Positions 14,132-64,000 of a DNA stretch of 64,000 nucleotides are shown here, one piece after another. The first letter of the stretch is position 1; every line of letters begins with the position of its first letter. The position numbers and the translations under genes were made by a program. The notes beneath the pieces were generated by a model that was not told the origin of the DNA, did no database searches, and saw only the letters and a program-made list of their open reading frames with translations. Location of the stretch: NCBI GenBank assembly GCA_964252035.1, contig OZ176213.1, one strand, 5' to 3'. This DNA comes from Podarcis erhardii (taxonomy: Eukaryota).

Positions 14132-15626
14132 GACATAGTGAGAAATGTAGCAGATAACACTGTGGATACAAGTGATCTGCATTTCAAACTCAAAGAAAAG
14201 GCACACACAGTATCTGCACTCCTCTGTTCATCAACCATAATGCTCAATGCTGTGCATCTGACTTTCAACCACCTATCCCTGAAGCGCTGCAGCTCCTTTG
14301 ACAGCCTAAACAAAGCACCCTGCTTATTTCTGCTCCTATTAGCATAAGCAGGCTGGCCAGGTGTGTCTCTAATACTACAAAGGAAGATGACATAGCAAGA
14401 GTCCTACTGGAGAAACCGGAAAATGAAACCTGATCTTTTTCAAGATGGCTTGCCTAGAATATTTTTTTATTTGGTGGGAAGAAAAGCCTCCATCTCTAAC
14501 CATTTGTAAGAAGGCTATTTTGCCTTTCAGCTCTGCAATTCTGATCCCATGTTCCTACAAAGCACTACTGCTGCCTCTGCCAGCTTCTAAAACCTTGTAC
14601 ATCAGCAAAATATAATGGGTTCTCTCCTGATTTTGGATCCTTCCACAGCTTTCAAAAGGCAAAATTTGAGGTGACATATTTACCTTGGAATAAACCCAAT
14701 TTACTCAGGCCTTCATTCTGAGTAAACATGACTAGACCGTGGGGTGTTATTTAAGTTCCAGAAGGACAGTTTCATACAGCCAACACACAAACAACCTTGG
14801 GGCACCTTTAAGGCTTATGGTGGCAGAAGCTTCACAGGCTAAACCCCCATTAATCAAACGCACAAAATGTTATTACCCACCCGTATGTGTGTGTATATAT
14901 AAACACACACACACATATCTATTTACTCACAGGTGAGTGTTAATACAAATATGCACATACTGATAGGTAACAACGTGTGTGTGAAAGAAGACATTCATAT
15001 GCACACCATCAAACAACCACTTCGTGCATCCGACGAAGCAGCCTTCAGTCCACAAAAGCTTCTGCCACCAAAAATCTGCGGGTCTTAGAATCGCAGAATT
15101 GTGGCGTCGGAAGGGGCCCGAGGGTCATCCAGCCCAACCCCCTGCATTGCAGTAAACCTAAGTCTTGAAAAGCGCCATAAGATTATTTGGTGTGCCTGTT
15201 ATACTTTCGAAGTTTCCTCACTTCGCCCCTTGCAGCCCCCTCTGCTCTATGAAGCAGTTCGCTGCCTCCACCCCTCAAAGGAAGAGTTGCACAAATGGCG
15301 CAAACCTCCCTCCCACCCACCCCCACTTTAAAATAACGCAGAATAGGAATGGCGGGGCTGGGAGTGGGGGTGAAGAGGCCGCTATGGCAGCCTTGCAAGA
15401 CGTGCATGGAGACAGAAGAGCCAGCCCCTCCCTCTTCCTGCGTAAAAACAAGCGCCCCTCCGCAGATGCTCCTCGCAGGATACAGCCCAAGGAAGCACCC
15501 CCGCTTCCTTCCTTCCTACTTCTTGAGGGAAGTGAGGGCCTCAACTCGCCCCCCGCCCACCCAATGTGCTTCGCCTCAGCGCTCACCCACCAGCTGGTTG
15601 GTGCTCCTATTGTCGCCCTCCGCCAT
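9536..15626 (-). CDS. ARL6IP1: ADP-ribosylation factor-like protein 6-interacting protein 1 (ER-shaping membrane protein), complete, 203 aa
   Basis: Exons 15591-15626, 12383-12516, 11543-11662, 10501-10618, 9829-9913, 9536-9654 (36+134+120+118+85+119 = 612 nt), all GT-AG. Protein: MAEGDNRSTNQLAAETASLEEQLQGWGEV...KWTTEQQQRFHEICSNLVK...KREVNKLLKQKEKKNE*. Confidence 0.97.
11260..11395. mobile_element. hAT-type MITE with 8-bp TSD
   Basis: TIR CAGG(T/C)ATAGGCAAACTCGGCC; perfect TSD CTCTAGGT at 11252-11259 and 11396-11403. Confidence 0.9.
12110..12347. mobile_element. Tc1/mariner MITE, second family
   Basis: TA-CAGTGGTGCCTCGCAAGAC...GTCTTGCGGGGCACCACTG-TA, with internal TCGTCTTGCG repeats. Confidence 0.85.
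13926..14130 (+). mobile_element. L2-clade LINE 3' end with (ATT)n tail
   Basis: Matches the 3' end of the element at 51989-52768 (GGAAGTCGCCCAGAGTGGCTGGGGAAACCCAGCCAGATGGGCGGGGT) followed by ATT repeats. Confidence 0.85.
15022..15153. mobile_element. Penelope-like end fragment next to an inverted CR1/SINE 3'-tail fragment
   Basis: GCATCCGACGAAGCAGCC...CACAAAAGCTT resembles squamate Penelope-type ends. 15087-15153 is the reverse of the tail at 21120-21190. Confidence 0.45.
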
Positions 15627-16050
15627 TTTGTGTGGCCCAGACAGCTGCTTTCGGCAGACTCCTTCTCTCCCACCCCTCGCAAACCGTCACGGGTTAAGCC
15701 CCGCCTCCTCCGCCTAGCCTTCCAGGCCACGCCCCCTTCCGAAGCAACACCTCCTTTCTGCTCGGCCTGGCGAGCAAGAACCCTTCGCCGCCTCGCCCAC
15801 CTTCCCCTATTATGAGCTCGGCGGCCCCGCCCATCCCACCTCCCCGACGCTTTCCATTGGATAAGGACCATCTCACTCCCCTAACCAGCGCCCTCTCATC
15901 TGCCCCTCTGCCCGTTCGCCTTTGAATTTGGACCAATCAGCTCCTTCCTCCTGCTCGTCATGACTTCGGGCGCGTGAGGGGGAGAAACGTCGCGTTGTTC
16001 CCTTGACGTCCCGCAGCAGAAACCGTTTAACGGGTTTTTGGAGGGGGATT
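15280..16050 (-). promoter_or_regulatory. ARL6IP1: ARL6IP1 CpG-island promoter
   Basis: GC/CpG-rich. A YY1-type AAAATGGCGG overlaps the ATG. GC boxes at about 15698 and 15823, CCAAT boxes at 15856-15860 and 15933-15937, and a CRE-like TGACGTC at 16004-16010. Confidence 0.8.
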
Positions 16051-16197
16051 CCGGAGTGGGGTGGGGGTGGGGAAGGACTGCTTAGCGCCTTTCCAAGTAG
16101 AAGCTAACTGGCCCCTTATGGGGGGGATTGTGGGAGTTCCCACAGGTTTTCCCAGCTGCATAAATGGGCCTTTGCCATGATTGTCTATTTTATGCGT

Positions 16198-17045
16198 TAC
16201 TTATTACATTTCTTATCTTTCCTCAAAGGAGCTCAAGGTGGCCTATGTGGGTTCTCCCACATAGAGCAGTACATGTGAAAAGGATCTTAGGAGTCTTGGT
16301 TGACCACAAACTCGACATGAGCCAACAGTGTGACGGCAGCTAAAAAGCCAATGCAATTCTGGGCTGCATCAATAGGAGTATAGCATCTAGATCAAGGGAA
16401 GTAATAGTGCCACTGTATTCTGCTCTGGTCAGACCTCACCTGGAGTACTGTGTCCAGTTCTGGGCACCACAGTTCAAGAAGGACACTGACAAACTGGAAC
16501 GTGTCCAGAGGAGGGCAACCAAAATGGTCAAAGGCCTGGAAACGATGCCCTATGAGGAACGGCTAAGGGAGCTGGGCATGTTTAGCCTGGAGAAGAGGAG
16601 GTTAAGGGGTGATCTGATAGCCATGTTCAAATATATAAAAGGATGTCACATAGAGGAGGGAGAAAGGTTGTTTTCTGCTGCTCCAGAGAAGCGGACACGG
16701 AGCAATGGTTCCAAACTACAAGAAAGAAGATTCCACCTAAACATTAGGAAGAACTTCCTGACAGTAAGAGCTGTTCGACAGTGGAATTTGCTGCCAAGGA
16801 GTGTGGTGGAGTCTCCTCCTTTGGAGGTTTTTAAGCAGAGGCTTGACAACCATATGTCAGGAGTGCTCTGATGGTGTTTCCTGCTTGGCAGGGAGTTGGA
16901 CTCGATGGCCCTTGTGGTCTCTTCCAACTATGATTCCCTCTCCCTATTTACAACAACCTTGTGAGGTAGGCTAGGCGAAGAATCAGTGACTGGCCTGAGG
17001 TCACCCAGTGAGTTCCACAGCTGAACAAGGGGTTTGCCAAGTCCG
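16198..17045 (-). mobile_element. MIR/CORE-like SINE split by the CR1 insertion
   Basis: Left part 16198-16258 (TTCCTCAAAGGAGCTCAAGGTGGC) and right part 16938-17045 (ACAACAACCTTGTGAGGTAGG...GGTCACCCAGTGAG) read as one SINE once the CR1 is removed. The family assignment is from memory. Confidence 0.55.
16261..16937 (+). mobile_element. CR1 LINE 3' fragment (C-terminus of ORF2 reverse transcriptase)
   Basis: ORF 16407-16871 reads [21 protein letters not shown]...[16 protein letters not shown]...[15 protein letters not shown]...[15 protein letters not shown], followed by the CR1-type tail CTCTTCCAACTATGATTC. Confidence 0.93.
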
Positions 17046-18383
17046 ACCAGAGCCAGGGCCTGAGGTGGTACTGAGCAAGGCAATGTGGATGGACCAGGCC
17101 AGCTGGAAGTACCTGTATGAGTCAAACTAAAGGAAGTACCTTTATGAATCGAACGAGGCTTGCAGTTTAGAAGTGACCAGAGGAGAGTTAGAAGGGATGT
17201 GGAAAGGACTGGTAGTCTCCAGGCCAGAGAGAAGGAAGTGATGGAGAGAGATCCAGGTGACAGCTGGGAGGGAAGCGTCCCACAAATGAAAGGTGTAGCA
17301 ACCATCCAGTGTGGTGGTGCCTCTAGAATGCCTTTCCAGAATATTCTCTTTCTCTCTCACACATATTTTATATACTACCATTTGTTTCTGTGTTGGGTAT
17401 TAGTTTGATCCCCATTTCTGTAACCTACTATATGTTGGTAAACTGAATTGCCACACTTAATAAAACAAAAGAAAAAAAAGACCAGGAATAATATAGTACA
17501 TTCAGCTTGTTTGATTCAAAAGCCCTACATCTTCCGGATACAAGGGGCAAGCTTGAACAACAGCAGGAGACAGACTGCAAAGCCTAGGTGCATTTATCTG
17601 GGAGCCCAACTACTGTAATGCAAAAACCTGCATCCTAACAAAAGTGATTTTAACTTCATTTCTCCCCCAACAGCTTCCAACACTCCTCTGAATAACTCAC
17701 TGAAGTTTCAAATATAGTGAAGGCTGAAGATGAAAAGGGGCAGGTTCTGATGTTCCCATGGGGGGGGGGAGAGCAGCGGAGAGAGGAGGAAATCTTGTGA
17801 GGTTAGGAATTCCTAAGTCCAATGAATCAATGTGAACTATCACAATAACGTCCAATTAGATTCTGCAGGATGTTGCAGTTGTTAATTCTCCATGCATCCC
17901 CTTGAAGAGCTCATGCTCAAAATGCATCAGTATATATATTATAAATGTTTCATTGCACACAGAACCAACCTACTAAAATATATTCTATGCCTGCTTCAGT
18001 CAAAGCAAACCATGGGAAGCCCCTGCTTTGGTATGCACTTCATTTTTTCCACTCTCTGCTGTCAGTGATTTGCTGCCGATAACATGGTGCCCTCCAGATG
18101 TTGCACAATGGTTGCTTAAATGTGCAACAATAACTTTTGCTTTAGACACATTTGTGTGGATTATATGCGTGACAGGCAACTAGCTGGAGCTTTCAAATCT
18201 ATTCCTTGTGCTGATTCCCCTCTGTGAAAGAGGTGGTAACCTTTCCCACAATTGCAGAGGTTACACATGCTTGGTACCATGATCACTGCACACGGCAAGT
18301 TAGAGATCTAGAACTCTGAATGTTACTGCAGTAAAGAAAAGAATGCCACACAGGGAATGAAGAATACAAATAGTCTTTTGAGC

Positions 18384-20691
18384 TTTATTACATTATGCAG
18401 TAAAGACCCCCGTCTCCATACACATTTCTGGATAGTGTGGTATAATAATACATGAATCACAAGCGCAGCAGCCTGCCCTGACCCCTGGTTCCCAAAGAAA
18501 AGAAAAACATGTTACCATCTTATCCCAATCGTCTTTGGATACAGCCTGCTCATTAAGGATGTTTCGTACAAGGAAAATAAAGGTACACTCACCAAATGCT
18601 TGGATTTTGCCTTAACTGAATTTTACTGAAAAGCAAACCTCTCACTCTTGCATTGCTAAGAGCGAAGTTCCAGAGTACTGAGTTGGAATGCATTTACTCA
18701 CAAGCATTAGTAAATATGTAGGCAGTGCACATGACATGTCTAGGGCAGGTAATTAAAAGGTGAGATAGCTAGCGCCTATGTGGAAGACTGATACCAGTAT
18801 CAAGTCACTTCTGTATCAGATATTCTGAGGAAGTCAAAACAATTTTTCCACATTATAAAAACGCTGGAATAATTAGCTCCTTCTTGTGCTGGACCTTAAT
18901 ATATATTTGATAGCAACTCTTCAAAACAAAGGCCAAAGCTCAAACTCCAATAAATAGGCTGCATCAATTTAAAAAAAAACTGTTGGAAAGGTTTTTAAAA
19001 TCCTTAAGAGACTAAAGAGGAAGTGATGGGAACATTTGATTTGTCCTCATTTAACGGCTTTCAAAGCAAATTAAATAAGTTCACATAGCCCCACATGTTC
19101 AGTTTGGAAGTTTAGATTCAAGTGGTGCCTATCAAAACATGACACCGATTAGTGATAACTGAGTTAAGAAGCAGCCTGTTCTTTCCTAAAGCAAAGTTAA
19201 AACAAGCTCCTAAGGTAATGATTTTAGTGAGCAGGCAAGTAAAACACTGAGGACTGATTTAAAGTGCCGTTTTAATAGCAACTTTTGTCACACCCATAGT
19301 TCAAAAGTGCAAGGTAGGTTTAGGAAAACTTGCTGAGAAATTCACAACTGAACACCACCTATTTGAAGTCATATGGAAATGTAACTTCACACAAATCTTT
19401 ATACAATTTCGCTTGAACAAAAAAAGAGATAGTCCACTTTAGCTTTGTATTTATGTCTATCTTTAAATTCCCAGATTGAACTGAAACAGTATACATTTAC
19501 AAGTGTAAATCAAAATTTGAAATGAATCAAACAGCATAAAACTACCTCCACTAGAACTTGACTTTATTGATTTTCTGTCATCAACAATGTAAAAGAGTCT
19601 ACTTAGATATTCTAATCATTTTTAAGGTAAAGATTACATTGGAGTACCTACGTTTACAAAAGAAACTACAGCAAAATCACAGTAGAATGTGTTTTGGAGG
19701 AAAAGGTTTGAACTACAAAAAGGAGTGTACACTGCAAGCAGAGGGAGGTGCACATGAAAACCAAATGCCTGTTAGATTCATTACTTTGAAATGCACAGTG
19801 AATTTGGGGAAACTGTACATGATAGAATCACAAAAAATCACTTTAAAAGAACCAAAACTCCAACCATTTGCGTTTGATCAGCCAACACAAAAGATTTGCT
19901 TAAATGTTCAAGGTTCCCTGTGCTTTTGGAAAATCTGGTTTGCAAAAAACAAAGAAGAGATGATTAATTTGACTGAATAGTGAAATTACAAGGATTGAAA
20001 TAAAAACATATTAGAAATACATCTAAAGAACAAGAATAAACCAGAAGTGGGAAAGAACTTAAAAAAAAAGACACAAAGGCTCTCTCTTCTCAAAGAGGTT
20101 CTTCCAACACAGCTGACATGCAGCTCTTTGCATTTTCAGTCCATTTCTGAAGTTCATTCTCATGTAGCATTTATTTATTCATTTTTTGCACAAGCTGGTC
20201 AACTCAACCAGCACTGTTGCCAAGCAACAAGAGCGACTCAAGAAACTCAATCTCTCAAATCTTCCTTTGCTGCGATTTCTTCACGGCCCCCTTTTTTCGG
20301 TTTCGGTTTCTCCTGGATTGTTCACAGGGTCAGGTGGAACTGGGTTCCAAATCACTCTGCGGTATGTAGCATTCCCAATTTCCTTTCTGCAGCTATGTTT
20401 CCCCCCGACACGATTGCAGTTCTTCTGTAGCAGAAAGACAGCCGTGTTGTTCAGGCGGTGAGCTTTCACCCTTGACCCTGGGGGTTCCAGGCCATTGTGT
20501 TTAGCGTATCCCTGAGTGCAGCTACTCTGCAGGACTCACTTCCCAGTGCACCGAGATTGCCTAGGTTTCCTCACATTAAGCCCCAGAAAGGCATCACCAC
20601 CGACTGTGGTGCTGCTATGGATGCCTGAGGCCGAGTTGATTCTGCTGGATGTCTGACCTCGCTGAACCAGACTGACCTGTTATCTTCCTGT
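18384..20691 (-). other. SMG1: SMG1 3'UTR (true end uncertain)
   Basis: Follows the stop codon. Minus-strand AATAAA lies at 19563-19568 and 18384-18389, each followed by U/GU-rich sequence; further AATAAA at 20170-20179. Confidence 0.6.
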
Positions 20692-63782
<43,091 letters not shown>

Positions 63783-64000
63783 CTATCAGTCCTATATTCA
63801 TTTAGTTTTTTTGTTTTTTTAAAAAAGCATGATTATGTCTTCTCACAACTGCTACCTAATCACAAAGATAGAAGTAAACTAACATTTGAGCAATAACAAG
63901 AAGTTTTCTTGTAAAGTGTGATGCAAGGACAAAAGGGGATGGGACAGGAGATAGTGGACATTTTCCACAACTGAAATCACCATAAAGTGATCTTAAATGG

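Noticed and set aside
13924-14347. Poly-Asn, poly-Ile and poly-Leu ORFs (also at 49779-50334 and 51898-52095)
   Set aside because: Translations of (ATT)n LINE tails.
15165-15936. Long ORFs of 122-216 aa on both strands over the ARL6IP1 5' end
   Set aside because: Stop-poor GC-rich CpG island; only the 36-nt exon 1 is real coding sequence.
20047-20469. ORFs within the SMG1 proximal 3'UTR, or a stop-codon readthrough extension
   Set aside because: An in-frame TAA follows three codons after the TGA, and the other ORFs begin at GTG or are antisense. This is better explained as constrained non-coding sequence.

Overview
This is eukaryotic (vertebrate) genomic DNA, most likely from a lacertid lizard. 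That is an inference from the Sauria SINE, lizard-type L2/CR1 tails and CAGTGGTACCTC MITEs. Three housekeeping genes lie head-to-tail on the minus strand, in the order seen at human 16p12.3. SMG1 contributes 49 coding exons from 63731 down to its stop at 20692; its 5' exons are beyond the right edge. ARL6IP1 is complete (6 exons, 203 aa). RPS15A contributes non-coding exon 1 and two coding exons; its last coding exons were not found and presumably lie beyond the left edge. I traced all exon boundaries by hand: they are GT-AG and phase-consistent. Most ORF-track entries are partial exon read-throughs or chance ORFs. Introns carry many transposons, several of them nested or with intact target-site duplications (TSDs). 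I found no convincing new multi-gene system. The best leads are RNA-level. One is a perfect 9-bp hairpin in which an intronic copy of the U1 snRNA 5'-end sequence masks an SMG1 splice donor. Others are a structured SMG1 3'UTR, a 407-bp solo LTR carrying a 100-codon open frame, and a second promoter-like block upstream of RPS15A.
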